Source: Bdellovibrionota bacterium (GTDB taxonomy: Bacteria; Bdellovibrionota_C; UBA2361; OMII01). From it: a stretch of 64,000 nucleotides of DNA. The translations under genes and the position numbers were made by a program. Shown here piece after piece: positions 20,118 through 29,526 of the stretch. The DNA lies in contig JBIJBE010000001.1 of the NCBI GenBank assembly GCA_044345405.1, positions 104,165 through 168,164 on the forward strand. Reading direction: 5' to 3'. The notes beneath the pieces are model-generated. The model was not told where the DNA came from, did not search any database, and was given only the letters and a program-made list of their open reading frames with translations. Each line of letters begins with the position of its first letter. The first letter of the stretch is position 1.

Positions 20118-20491
20118 GCAGAGGATAGGAGAAAAGTGTGCTTCGCAAGCCGGAGCGGTAGGGTTCTACTAAAAGTGGAAACAAGCGAGGGCTGTTTTGA
20201 GTAGCTCGGGGGCGATGGTACCTTTGTAGGGCAAGTACATCGTCGGCCTGGGTAGAAGAATAGGTGAAATGTTACGTCACATGAGGGCAATCCTCACGCG
20301 ACGTAACAAACGTAATGCGTAAGGTTTTGTGTAATAAACGCTTCGTCTCTTCTACGTGAGACCATTGAGCAGATGCTTCGTGCCCGCACAGTGACCGTGT
20401 GGGTTGGAAGCATCTGTTCAAATATTCGCAGCCAGCTGATGGAACGTACTCCATCGGGGTGAGCGGATAGTTCTCGTAGAGAAAGGTCAAA

Positions 20492-20905
20492 ATGATGATG
20501 AGAAAATGCGAGTCGTTTCATATCGAGCTTGCCTCGAAGGGCAAGGCGGTCGAAACCCGTGCGTGTGTCATCAATGTGCGGGGCAATCCCGAAGATACAG
20601 GGAAGTTCGTCCGACAGCTCGGGCTGCTGGTAGGGGATTACCAAAGCAAGGCCGTCGCTGAATGGTTCGTCGGAAGATATCAATCCGGCGAGATCTTGGG
20701 ATATCGCCAAAGTCGACGAGGAATGATTTGGGCGGTCTTGGAAGGAGGCAGGTTCCAGGAGACTGAAGCCAGGGCAACAAAGTCCGCTCTGGCCATACTG
20801 AGAAGGGGCAAGGTTCCGTGCTTCAAAGTTCTGCCGAGCAGCGCTCCTTCCTCCGCTGGTGATACTGTGGATGAAGTTTTGCCGCTGCCTGGTGGTCCCT
20901 CGTAG
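20492..20905 (+). CDS. Hypothetical protein (overlaps an equally long antisense ORF, so the call is uncertain)
   Basis: GC3-rich codon use on the plus strand. No homology recognised. Confidence 0.25.
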   Translation: MMMRKCESFHIELASKGKAVETRACVINVRGNPEDTGKFVRQLGLLVGDYQSKAVAEWFVGRYQSGEILGYRQSRRGMIWAVLEGGRFQETEARATKSALAILRRGKVPCFKVLPSSAPSSAGDTVDEVLPLPGGPS

Positions 20906-21353
20906 GTACCCCTCGACGGCCTAATTCTCATCGGTGTGACGAGCACATCAAACGCGAGAGGTTTTTTAGGTATCTAAAAGGATCTTTTCGCCACGTTTGT
21001 TCGTCACCCATTTCTTCCAACCACTGATTTTCCGTTGCATTCAAAAAGGGGGCGATCTTGTCCTATAGAGCTTTAGCGCGCTGTCGCAATCGCTTTTGGC
21101 CATGCGAGCGGATAAGCCAGAGTTAGCACGAGCGGGGAACGGCAATCCCCGAAGGGACCGAAAACACAAATCGTACATCTTTTTGCTTCGGAGCATTCTT
21201 CTGCGGCGCATAGTGACTCGTTCATCGAGAGAACCGCGCCGAAAGTTTCCTCTCGAACACAAAAAAGTTGGCCTGTACCAAAGAGAAGCTTCGAAATGTG
21301 CTGGGAGCTGTTGTAATCGCTCACTGCCAGAGGGGGTCGATATCCTCGTTAAG

Positions 21354-22373
21354 CTAGCCTTGCATTCGTTTTGCCTTCAGCTCTGTGTACTCAAGCGAAA
21401 GTAGCTCTTTGAGGTCGCTGGTGGTGTCGCCGCGTAACGCGCCGTTCTCGAGAGCGCCAGGATTAGGCTCCGTCCTAAGGAGTCGCTTGAAAAAACTTCC
21501 TACGCCCCCATCGCGATGAGGGTTGGTCGCGAGGAGCTCCTCATTGACCGCGTGATGAAGCGTTTGCAGGTCCTCCCGGGAGATTCGTGGGTGACGGTTT
21601 TTGAAATCGGTAATTAGAGGTGTCGTCAAGCGATTTACGTACGCGGCCGCTGCCTCAGCTGAGGTCGAGAACTGTCCCGGCTTAATTCCTCCGTCTTTGT
21701 AAGCGGCCTCAGCCCATCGCTGAAATTGACCGGTCCGGAGTTCGGCGGCTTCTCGAGCTCGGTCAGTGGTAGATCGGGTGTCCATGTCAGGGTTATGGGT
21801 CCACCCGGTTCGCTTCTCGATCGTTGCCGCTAGTCGCTCGGATGGGTCGATGGCGGAAACGAGAGCGGTTGCCTTCTCACTTTTGAGCGAAAAGAGCTTT
21901 GCTGTCGAGAACGCGAGCCCAACATCACCTAGAAGATCCACTCTGAACTCTCGGTCAGCTCCGGATCCCTTTATGGTGAATCCGATCCCCGCAATCATTC
22001 CAGGCTCCTGATTCTGTCTATTTCCTTCCTGGGACAACGCGCGGTCGATAGAGTTAAATCCTGATCCCTGTCGTGACCGTAAGCCCTCTCGGAGAGACTC
22101 TCTGTCGAGATGGGTTTGTTGGCGGGCTATCTCGGTCGCTGCTCTCTCGTTTGAATAGCTTTCTTGGTGTAGTGCGGGATGAGAGGTGCCGCCTGTGTGC
22201 TTTATCGTGCCGTTGGATGAGGTGTGAGCGGAACGCATCACCTGAGATCGAAGGTCATCTCGCTTGAACGAAGTAGGGGTGGTTGAGGCTGTCGCTAGTT
22301 GGTCGCTCGGACCGCACTGCGATTCGGAAACCGCTTGTGGAGCGCGGGTCGCTTTGAACTCTTGAGCTGGCAT
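21354..22373 (-). CDS. Hypothetical protein, 339 aa, no recognisable domains
   Basis: Long ORF with a low-complexity polar N-terminal third. It lies inside the lower-GC island. Confidence 0.4.
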   Translation of the reverse strand: MPAQEFKATRAPQAVSESQCGPSDQLATASTTPTSFKRDDLRSQVMRSAHTSSNGTIKHTGGTSHPALHQESYSNERAATEIARQQTHLDRESLREGLRSRQGSGFNSIDRALSQEGNRQNQEPGMIAGIGFTIKGSGADREFRVDLLGDVGLAFSTAKLFSLKSEKATALVSAIDPSERLAATIEKRTGWTHNPDMDTRSTTDRAREAAELRTGQFQRWAEAAYKDGGIKPGQFSTSAEAAAAYVNRLTTPLITDFKNRHPRISREDLQTLHHAVNEELLATNPHRDGGVGSFFKRLLRTEPNPGALENGALRGDTTSDLKELLSLEYTELKAKRMQG

Positions 22374-22478
22374 GGGTAACCTTCAAAAAACCTTACAGTA
22401 GGTTATGGTGATTGTGAGGAGAGGTGTGGCTTAGAGCTAAGTTGCCGAATGTTGTGGGGTTTGCCCCGACCTTTCCGC

Positions 22479-22925
22479 TTACAGGTAGACGTCCGTCTCC
22501 CCCGCATTCCACTGATTGAGCGCGAAGCGCTTCACCGCTTTGAAGGTTTGTAGCCGCTCATGCACCGCTCGCTGCACCCGCCCTGTTCCGAGTCCGTGCA
22601 CCACTTTGACATGTGTGAGGTCGGAAAGAATTACTGAGTCGAGCCAAGCGTCCAGCTTTCGAATCGCCTCATCTACGGTGAGTCCGTGAAGGTCGAGGGA
22701 TTGAGAGGGGCGTGGGGCGTTAGACGCGCGGGAGATCGGAGCTGTAGTCGTGGATGATGGACGAGGAGATGTTGTCGGAGTGAGATCACGCGCGGTGCAC
22801 GTGATTGTGAGTGAGCCGATAGCGATTTTGTATCTATCCCCGCCAAGAATAGAGTGAACAACGCCATCTTTCTTGAGGGAGATGACGCGAACAACATCCC
22901 CCTCATTGAAGGTTTGCTCACCCAT
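22479..22925 (-). CDS. Smr domain-containing protein
   Basis: C-terminal LDLHGLTVDEAIRKLDAWL...HVKVVHGLGTGRVQRAV is the Smr (MutS2 C-terminal-like) signature. Confidence 0.7.
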   Translation of the reverse strand: MGEQTFNEGDVVRVISLKKDGVVHSILGGDRYKIAIGSLTITCTARDLTPTTSPRPSSTTTAPISRASNAPRPSQSLDLHGLTVDEAIRKLDAWLDSVILSDLTHVKVVHGLGTGRVQRAVHERLQTFKAVKRFALNQWNAGETDVYL

Positions 22926-22930
22926 GACGA

Positions 22931-24193
22931 TTAATCAGCGAGTCTCACGAGGTGGTAGTTCTTCTTGCCGCTTCGAAGTACAACGAAACCCTTTGCAAGG
23001 AGCGCGGTCTCTTTGATCTTCAGCGTCTCGTTCGATACCCGCTCGCTATCGAGGTAGATGCCGCCAGCTTGCACGAGACGGCGAGCCTCTCCCTTTGACT
23101 TGGACACCGTTGTGCTTAAAAGGGTGAGGATGTCGAGTTCGTCTACCTGCGAGCGTGAAATCGCGCTTGATGGAGCGTCCTCGAAGATCTCAAGGATCTG
23201 ATCGTTAGAAAGCTCTGAAAGAGCGCCGCTAAAGAGCGCCTGCGCGCACTTCTTGGCGTCAGCGGTTGCTTGCTCCCCATGCACGAAGGTGCAGATCGAG
23301 TCCGCAAGGAGCTTCTGCGCGTCACGCTTCTCGGGTGCCGTCTTCATGAGCGCCTCAACCTCTTCGATCTTCTCCTTGGTTTCAAGGGTGAAGATCTTAA
23401 GAAGGCGAATCGCCTCGGCATCCTGAACGTTCAACCAGAACTGATGGAACTTGTACGGGCTCGTCATCTTAGGGTTGAGCCACACGGCGTTCCCTTCAGA
23501 TTTTCCGAACTTCTTTCCTTCGCTGTTGGTGATGAGCGGGAAGGAGAGTGCGTACGCGTCGCCCTGGATCTTGCGGCGGATGAGCTCAAGGCCCGCGGTG
23601 ATGTTGCCCCACTGATCGGAGCCTCCGATCTGCAGTTTGCAGTTCTTGTGTTGGTAGAGGTGGAGGTAGTCGAAGGCTTGCAACAGCATGTAGCTGAACT
23701 CGGTGTACGAGATCCCGTCACCGGAGAGGCGGGATTTTACCGAGTCCTTCGCGAGCATGTAATTGATGGTGAAGTGTTTGCCCACATCGCGCAGGAAGGT
23801 CAGCATCGAGACATCTTTAGTCCACTCGATGTTGTTCACGAACTCTGGCGTGATATCGAGTCCAGCGCTGCGCCACAGGTTCGCCGCTTGCGTCTGCTGA
23901 AGCTTTACGTTCTCGGCAACCTGCTCAAGGGGGAGGAGGTTTCGCTCGGCGCTCTTTCCACCTGGATCGCCGATCATGCCGGTCGCGCCGCCAAATAGTA
24001 GAATCGGTTTGAGCCCGGCCCTCGAGAGGTGAATGCTTACGAGGAGCGCTACGAGGTTACCAACCTGAAACGAAGGGGCTGTTGGGTCGAACCCAATGTA
24101 GAACGCGTCGCCGGCTTTGAGCTTTGAGAGGGTCTCAGGATCTGACATATCCTGGATGAGTCCGCGCCAACTGAGTTCTTCGAAAACGTTCAT
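22931..24193 (-). CDS. tyrS: Tyrosine--tRNA ligase
   Basis: GFDPTAPS...VGNLV (diverged HIGH region), KMSKS-type KFGKSEGNAVWL, and a C-terminal S4 domain. Confidence 0.85.
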   Translation of the reverse strand: MNVFEELSWRGLIQDMSDPETLSKLKAGDAFYIGFDPTAPSFQVGNLVALLVSIHLSRAGLKPILLFGGATGMIGDPGGKSAERNLLPLEQVAENVKLQQTQAANLWRSAGLDITPEFVNNIEWTKDVSMLTFLRDVGKHFTINYMLAKDSVKSRLSGDGISYTEFSYMLLQAFDYLHLYQHKNCKLQIGGSDQWGNITAGLELIRRKIQGDAYALSFPLITNSEGKKFGKSEGNAVWLNPKMTSPYKFHQFWLNVQDAEAIRLLKIFTLETKEKIEEVEALMKTAPEKRDAQKLLADSICTFVHGEQATADAKKCAQALFSGALSELSNDQILEIFEDAPSSAISRSQVDELDILTLLSTTVSKSKGEARRLVQAGGIYLDSERVSNETLKIKETALLAKGFVVLRSGKKNYHLVRLAD

Positions 24194-24273
24194 AATTGCC
24201 TAATCTTGTGTACTTTTTGTATCTCCGCAGAGTTCTGGTACCATACAACCGGCCTGAAAGGCTGGCAACGTTT

Positions 24274-25416
24274 ATGAACTACAGGGATCCGAAAAGTATT
24301 CAGGAGGCGTTGGCCGAGCGTCGTGAGGCGCACGCGTTACGATACCTTGCGCCTGTGACTGGTGGTATCGACCTCTGCTCGAACGACTACCTCGGTATCT
24401 CGCGCAAGCTCGCCTCGATTCATCTCGCCCCGTCGTCTGAGTATGGGGTGATGGGCGCCACGGGCTCGCGCTTGGTGAGTGGTACCACCCAAGCCCATGA
24501 GGATCTTGAGAGCTTCTTGGCTGAGTTCCACGCCGCTCCCTCAGCGCTTCTCTTTGGCTCTGGGTACGAGGCGAACGTCGGGCTCCTAAGTAGCATCGGC
24601 ACCCGCCACGACACGATTATCTACGACGATCTTGTGCACGCCTCGATGCGTGACGGTATTCGCCTGAGCGCCGCCCGGTCGTACTCCTTTCGACACAACG
24701 ACCTCGACGATCTTCGAAAGAAGATCGCGCAAGCCCGTGGCGATATCTTTGTCGCGGTTGAGTCGCTCTATTCCATGGATGGTCATACCGCGCCGCTTCG
24801 AGAGTTGTGCGAGGTGTGCGAGGAGATGGGCGCTTACCTAATCGTGGATGAAGCTCACGCGACCGGTGTGTATTGCAAGCGAGGGGAGGGGCTTGTGCAG
24901 CGTGAGGGGCTTGAGTCCCGAGTATACGCGCGCGTTCACACCTTTGGTAAAGGGGTGGGGTATCGCGGCGCTATCGTTATAGGAAGCGAGACCCTTCGAG
25001 AGTATCTCGTCAATTTCGCGCGCCCGTTTATCTATTCGACGGCGCCAGATCTTTTAACCCTTCGGTACATCGACCACGCGTACCGTTTGATGGCTGACGC
25101 TCATGACGAGCGGACGCGCCTGCGCGCCTTGATTAATAGTGTTCGCTTGTTGCGTGAGGAGTTTCCCGCGCTTTCGTTCCTCGATTCCGATTCCCCGATT
25201 CAAGGAGTGGTGCTTCCCTCAAACGAGCGTGTTCTCGCGGCGGAAGGGGCGCTGCAGAGTGCCGGATTCTTCGCCAAGGCGATCCGTTCTCCAACCGTGC
25301 CTCATGGTTCGGAGCGAATCCGACTCTGTTTGCACGCCTACAATACCCTCGACGAGGTGCGCGAGTGCCTCGGGATTATCGCGGATTCCCTTCCGAGAGG
25401 TGTGGTGAATGGATAG
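24274..25416 (+). CDS. Alpha-oxoamine synthase family PLP enzyme (BioF / Spt / Kbl / CqsA-like)
   Basis: DLCSNDYLGI, GSGYEANVGL, DEAHATGVY, and PLP-lysine motif HTFGKGVG. Start taken at ATG 24274 rather than 24196, which would abut tyrS. Confidence 0.8.
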   Translation: MNYRDPKSIQEALAERREAHALRYLAPVTGGIDLCSNDYLGISRKLASIHLAPSSEYGVMGATGSRLVSGTTQAHEDLESFLAEFHAAPSALLFGSGYEANVGLLSSIGTRHDTIIYDDLVHASMRDGIRLSAARSYSFRHNDLDDLRKKIAQARGDIFVAVESLYSMDGHTAPLRELCEVCEEMGAYLIVDEAHATGVYCKRGEGLVQREGLESRVYARVHTFGKGVGYRGAIVIGSETLREYLVNFARPFIYSTAPDLLTLRYIDHAYRLMADAHDERTRLRALINSVRLLREEFPALSFLDSDSPIQGVVLPSNERVLAAEGALQSAGFFAKAIRSPTVPHGSERIRLCLHAYNTLDEVRECLGIIADSLPRGVVNG

Positions 25417-26617
25417 GAATCTCATCATTCGCGGGCTTTCGACTATCTCGCCGTTTGGTACGTGCCGAGCGGATATCGCTCGGCTTCTCGAGGATCCCGC
25501 GCCTCCCGCGGTGCCGTGCGCCGAAAGAAACGACCGCCCGATCTTTCCATTAACCGTTGGTGGCGAGGAGCTCGTGCGCGGCGTTGCTGGAGAGGAGCGT
25601 TACGCCCGCCTCGATAGGGTTGCGCACCTCGCCATCGCCTCGGTGCGGAGAACTCTTGATGCCGCTCACGGTCGACACGGGGAGATCGGATGCGTCACGA
25701 TCGGCTCATCTCGTGGAGCGACGCAGACCCTTGAACGGACGATCGCCGGCTTCGCCACTGATTCATCGAAGGTGCCGACCGAGACCTCGCCGACCACAAC
25801 CGCGGGGAACATCTCCTCGTGGGTCGCGCAGGAGTGTGTCGCTCGGCGTACCGGGGATGTTGCCGCAGTTTCGATCGCGAGCATCGGCACCTCGATGACC
25901 TGCTCGAGCGCCTTTCAATCACTCGTAACGGCGGCGGCGTTCGTTCGAAGTGGGATGAGCTCCGCCGCTATCTTTGGTGGGTCTGAGGCGTGTCTGACGC
26001 CGTACACCATCGCGCACCTTGAAGCGCTCAGAATTTACTCAGATGGCGCCACGCCGTGGCCGTGCAGGCCGTGTGGGAGCGTTTCGGTCGCTCAGAACAC
26101 CGTGGCTTTGGGAGAGGGCGCTGGTACCGCTATCTTGATGTCTGATGATGGGGCGGCGGTCGACGGAGATCTTGCGTTACTCGGACTCGGGTGGGCTGTC
26201 GAGGAGACGCCGACCGCGACCGGTCTTTCGGCTGATGGACGAGCGTTCGAACGTTCGATGCGGATGGCTGTGGCTGCGCTTCCCGCCGGAGTTTCGGTTG
26301 ATACAGTTGTGGTTCACGCGCCTGGTTCGATAAAGGGGGATGAGGCCGAGCTGACCGCCGTGTCCCGTGTTCTCACCGATGAGGTCATGGTTGCGTCTAC
26401 CAAACATCTGACCGGTCACACCTACGGGGCTTCGGGCATGGTGAGCCTCGCCTTGGCCCAGGCCCTCATTGAGGGGGCGCGATGGGGTGGATTCCCCTAT
26501 GAGGCGGCGGTGCGGGGACGTCCGGAAGGGACGTCGCGAGTGGTTCTTATCAATACGGCGGGGTTCGGAGGGAACTCGGTGACCCTCATTGTGGGGGCCC
26601 GAAGGGGTAGAAGTTAG
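25409..26617 (+). CDS. Beta-ketoacyl-ACP synthase I/II-like condensing enzyme (Cys-His-His triad)
   Basis: Active-site Cys SMTCSSAF. His motifs VHAPGS and HLTGHTYGASG. 8-bp overlap with the upstream AOS gene. Confidence 0.75.
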   Translation: MDRNLIIRGLSTISPFGTCRADIARLLEDPAPPAVPCAERNDRPIFPLTVGGEELVRGVAGEERYARLDRVAHLAIASVRRTLDAAHGRHGEIGCVTIGSSRGATQTLERTIAGFATDSSKVPTETSPTTTAGNISSWVAQECVARRTGDVAAVSIASIGTSMTCSSAFQSLVTAAAFVRSGMSSAAIFGGSEACLTPYTIAHLEALRIYSDGATPWPCRPCGSVSVAQNTVALGEGAGTAILMSDDGAAVDGDLALLGLGWAVEETPTATGLSADGRAFERSMRMAVAALPAGVSVDTVVVHAPGSIKGDEAELTAVSRVLTDEVMVASTKHLTGHTYGASGMVSLALAQALIEGARWGGFPYEAAVRGRPEGTSRVVLINTAGFGGNSVTLIVGARRGRS

Positions 26618-26790
26618 GGCCGTTTACCCGATTTGAGCCCTTGCCGTCCTGTTCTCTAGCGGAAATCACAAGCTTGGGTTGAAACGGGGGCCGTTTTAGG
26701 CTACAAACCAAGGGCTTGGGAGTGCTTCCGTCCCGACCATCCCTTTTTCTGGGTTTGTCATCGAGGAAGCTCTAGTTGTGAGGATTTATT

Positions 26791-27009
26791 ATGGCTAAGG
26801 CCGCTAAAGAAACCTTTTTCTTAGTTTCAGCAGAAGGTACTGGGTTCTTCTACACAAATCGTAAGAACAAGAAGAAGGGCAAGGGCGAGAATAAGCTCAA
26901 AGTTCGTAAGTACGATCCGGTTGCTCGTAAGCACGTTCTCTTCGAGGACAAAAAGCTTTCAAAGCTTAAGAAGAAGTACGTCGCCGCAGCTGCTGCTAAG
27001 AGCGAGTAA
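26791..27009 (+). CDS. rpmG: 50S ribosomal protein L33 (non-zinc form) with ~18 aa C-terminal extension
   Basis: MAKAAKETFFLVSAEGTGFFYTNRKNKKKGKGENKLKVRKYDPVARKHVLFEDKKL matches the bL33 pattern and lacks the Cys ligands. Confidence 0.8.
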   Translation: MAKAAKETFFLVSAEGTGFFYTNRKNKKKGKGENKLKVRKYDPVARKHVLFEDKKLSKLKKKYVAAAAAKSE

Positions 27010-27046
27010 TCCATACAGGACTAGCTTCCTTTGAGGAGGTCGTTGC

Positions 27047-28915
27047 ATGAGTCTACCCGCTGAAAGCACGGGAGCACACGCCGCGGTAGGGGACACCACC
27101 GCGGACGTATCACCATCAACGATCGCCATCGATACCTCTTCACTTTCTTCCGTTTCGCAGCCCTCCGTATGGCGAGGCATCGGCGTTGGCGTAGGGCTTA
27201 TCGCGCTCGGCGTTGTTGGCTTCGCTTTGGAATACGCGGGACTAACCTCCGACACCCTACAGATGGTGTGCGGGGTTGGTGGGCTCGTCTCCGCGGCTGT
27301 TATCCTTCGCGAGCTTGCGGACCTTCCAAAATACTCATCTCGTCGGTATTCCCCTCTTACCTTCGTTCCAGCTACGGGGGCGCTGCTGATTAGCGCGGCG
27401 GCTATCATGGCCGCGTTCGTTCCCGGTGGTGGCGTTGACTCTATAGGCGCGGCGCTTCTCGGTGGTCCAGCGCTCACCGTTGGCGCGGTACTTGTCGTTA
27501 GAACGCTCATCTCTCGGATCTGGGAGCAGGGGGATCAGATGACCTCGTTGGTTCCTAACTTCCCGGTCGACGCGAAGATGGTGGCGGAGGGTGAGGTTTT
27601 CCCGCTGACCGCAGGTATTATCGTACCGACTGATGGGCGTATTCGCTCCGGCACATGCGCAGTTCTTGAGCGCTACCTCTCTCCGGAAGCTCACTTCCGA
27701 GTGAAAGATGAGGCTGATGTGGTGTTCGCTGGCTCCTATGTGTTGAGTGGAGAGGCGTCCGTTCAGGCTCTCACGAGCTCCTACGATTCATGTCTCAAAC
27801 GACTTGAGCAGGCGGTGCTTCCCGGTCTTCGATGGGTTGAGGAGTCGCTAAAGCGTGACCACGACCATATCGTGACCCCGCTTGTATACGTGCTGCTCTT
27901 CTGTTTCGTTTCCTCCGCGATCTTCTGGGATGAGCGAGGGGCGAGTGGAGCGACTATCCTTCTAGCCGCTGGTTCGATCTTAACGATCTCGTTGCTCCTC
28001 CAATTAGGAGAGGCGCTGTACGGAACCCGTAGCCGCTTGGTTCGAGCGTGGGCTCAACGTGGGTTCCTCATCAATTCAGCCAAAGCGTGGAGTGAACTCT
28101 ATAACGTCCGCACCGTGGCGTACGATTCCTCACGGCTCGCCTCGACGACGGCGTGCCACGTGAAGGAACTGAACCTCATGGACGATCGAATTAGCGAGCA
28201 CTCTCTCTGCTCCTGCATCGCCTCGATTGTTGGCCGCGCTGAGGATCCAGCTCTGGCGATGATCGGTGATTACTGCCAGCGTGTTGTGGGCGCTATCCCG
28301 ACCGATCGGGTTATCGATCTTCATGAGTATGAAGGTCGAGGTATCTGCGGCACCGTAAAGGGGATTGAGTTCTCAATAGGCTCTGAGGATTTCCTCGTTG
28401 ATAGAGGGATCCTTATTCAGCCAACTGAGAGCGCTCTTGAGGAGGGCTCTGAGGATAGAGTGGTTCTTGTCGCTATCGGTGACGACCTTATCGCGCGCTT
28501 TTGGGTGGCATTTGGCCAGGCGGATCTCCTCTCTGAGGAAGCGCTTCAACGATGGCCTAAGAACCTCCACGGAAGACTCATTGACCCGTCAGAGCGTGAG
28601 CTCGCTGGTGATGTTCTTTTGGTGCGAGGTGACGAGTCGGACGTTGTCGGACGCGCGCATTCCCCTGAGGTTGCGCTTCTTAAGCCGAACACCCTTGAGG
28701 TTCCGTCTTCGTCCGTTGTGGCTTTGACCCCTCACGTGGACCTAATCCCGGCCTTAGTGAAGGAGTGTCGGAAGCACGTGCACGAGGTATTCCGCGCCCG
28801 CGCCTGGATCCTGTTCGCGACCTTTGTGTCCGTGTGCCTCGTTTTCGCGGGGTTTGTGACCCCTCTCGTACCGGTGGCGTTGGTGCCGGTTATCGCGCTT
28901 TGCATATTTTTCTAA
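27047..28915 (+). CDS. Degenerate P-type (P1B-like) ATPase homolog lacking all catalytic motifs
   Basis: A-domain alignment PTDGRIRSGTCAVLERYLSPEAHFRVKDEADVVFAGSYVLSGEASV. TGES is replaced by LSPEA, CPC by AGS, DKTGT by DSSRL, and GDGIND by IGDDLIARF. TM helices lie at both ends. Confidence 0.55.
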   Translation: MSLPAESTGAHAAVGDTTADVSPSTIAIDTSSLSSVSQPSVWRGIGVGVGLIALGVVGFALEYAGLTSDTLQMVCGVGGLVSAAVILRELADLPKYSSRRYSPLTFVPATGALLISAAAIMAAFVPGGGVDSIGAALLGGPALTVGAVLVVRTLISRIWEQGDQMTSLVPNFPVDAKMVAEGEVFPLTAGIIVPTDGRIRSGTCAVLERYLSPEAHFRVKDEADVVFAGSYVLSGEASVQALTSSYDSCLKRLEQAVLPGLRWVEESLKRDHDHIVTPLVYVLLFCFVSSAIFWDERGASGATILLAAGSILTISLLLQLGEALYGTRSRLVRAWAQRGFLINSAKAWSELYNVRTVAYDSSRLASTTACHVKELNLMDDRISEHSLCSCIASIVGRAEDPALAMIGDYCQRVVGAIPTDRVIDLHEYEGRGICGTVKGIEFSIGSEDFLVDRGILIQPTESALEEGSEDRVVLVAIGDDLIARFWVAFGQADLLSEEALQRWPKNLHGRLIDPSERELAGDVLLVRGDESDVVGRAHSPEVALLKPNTLEVPSSSVVALTPHVDLIPALVKECRKHVHEVFRARAWILFATFVSVCLVFAGFVTPLVPVALVPVIALCIFF

Positions 28916-28920
28916 GGCCT

Positions 28921-28955
28921 CGTAGGGCGGTGACCAGGCAGGTTCGCCCTCCCGA
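28921..28955. repeat. REP-like hairpin (gggcggtgaccaggcaggttcgccctccc)
   Basis: Degenerate member of the same palindromic family, immediately after the ATPase-like gene stop. Confidence 0.45.
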
Positions 28956-29103
28956 CTTACCCGGTCCGATTCCCAAACCACCACCTCCGTATAGCCCCAA
29001 CCCATTACCGTGCAATATCGGTCCACTATCTCACTTTTCCGAGCATCGAACGGGACCCTGCGGCATCCGAATTGTAGGGTGTATTGTTTTCCCGGAGGCT
29101 TAT

Positions 29104-29466
29104 ATGTCTGTCCCTGAGTTCCTTAATCGAGTCGGTTCGGCGTCAGATCTGTCCACGTCGGTGGTCGATGAGATAGTCGAAAGCACTCGTGGCTATGCTC
29201 GCGGTCCAGAGCGATCGCTTCTAGGAGCTCTCCTGTTCGATGGTATTCAGGCGTACATCGCGTACGCCTTGGCTGTTACCCCGAATGATAAAGCGCGTTA
29301 CCTTGAGGCGTTCAACTGGATCATGGACGCGACCGCGGATGAGCCGTTTTCATTTAATGGCGTATGTGAGGCGTTAGGTATCTCACCTGAGTATCTCCGC
29401 CTCGGGCTCGCGAACGCTTCAACGTCACTTCTTTTTGAAGTGGGAAAGGCTCGTCGTAATTTCTAG
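29104..29466 (+). CDS. Small hypothetical protein, family A (paralog of 39137..39427)
   Basis: Shares W(I/L)MD..(D/E)..(F/L)SF..(V/I)CEAL(G/D)(I/L)..E.LR with the second copy. Start taken at ATG 29104 after the REP element. Confidence 0.5.
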   Translation: MSVPEFLNRVGSASDLSTSVVDEIVESTRGYARGPERSLLGALLFDGIQAYIAYALAVTPNDKARYLEAFNWIMDATADEPFSFNGVCEALGISPEYLRLGLANASTSLLFEVGKARRNF

Positions 29467-29526
29467 CCTAAGACACTTTCCAAAGGTTTGAGCCCACTTG
29501 TCTCCCGGTTTTTATAGGTTTTAGAT

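Noticed and set aside
20294-20710. Minus-strand 138-aa ORF overlapping the plus-strand ORF 20492..20905
   Set aside because: Only one of the pair can be real. The plus-strand frame shows slightly better GC3 bias, and neither has homology. The plus one is kept at low confidence.
24196-24273. Start at 24196 for the alpha-oxoamine synthase
   Set aside because: It would leave only 2 bp between divergent tyrS and this gene. The ATG at 24274 leaves an 80-bp divergent promoter region and matches the usual AOS N-terminus.
28765-29103. ORF-track start at 28765 for the small family-A protein
   Set aside because: It would overlap the end of the P-type-ATPase-like gene by 150 bp and read through a REP element. 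The ATG at 29104 gives a protein that aligns with its paralog from residue 1.
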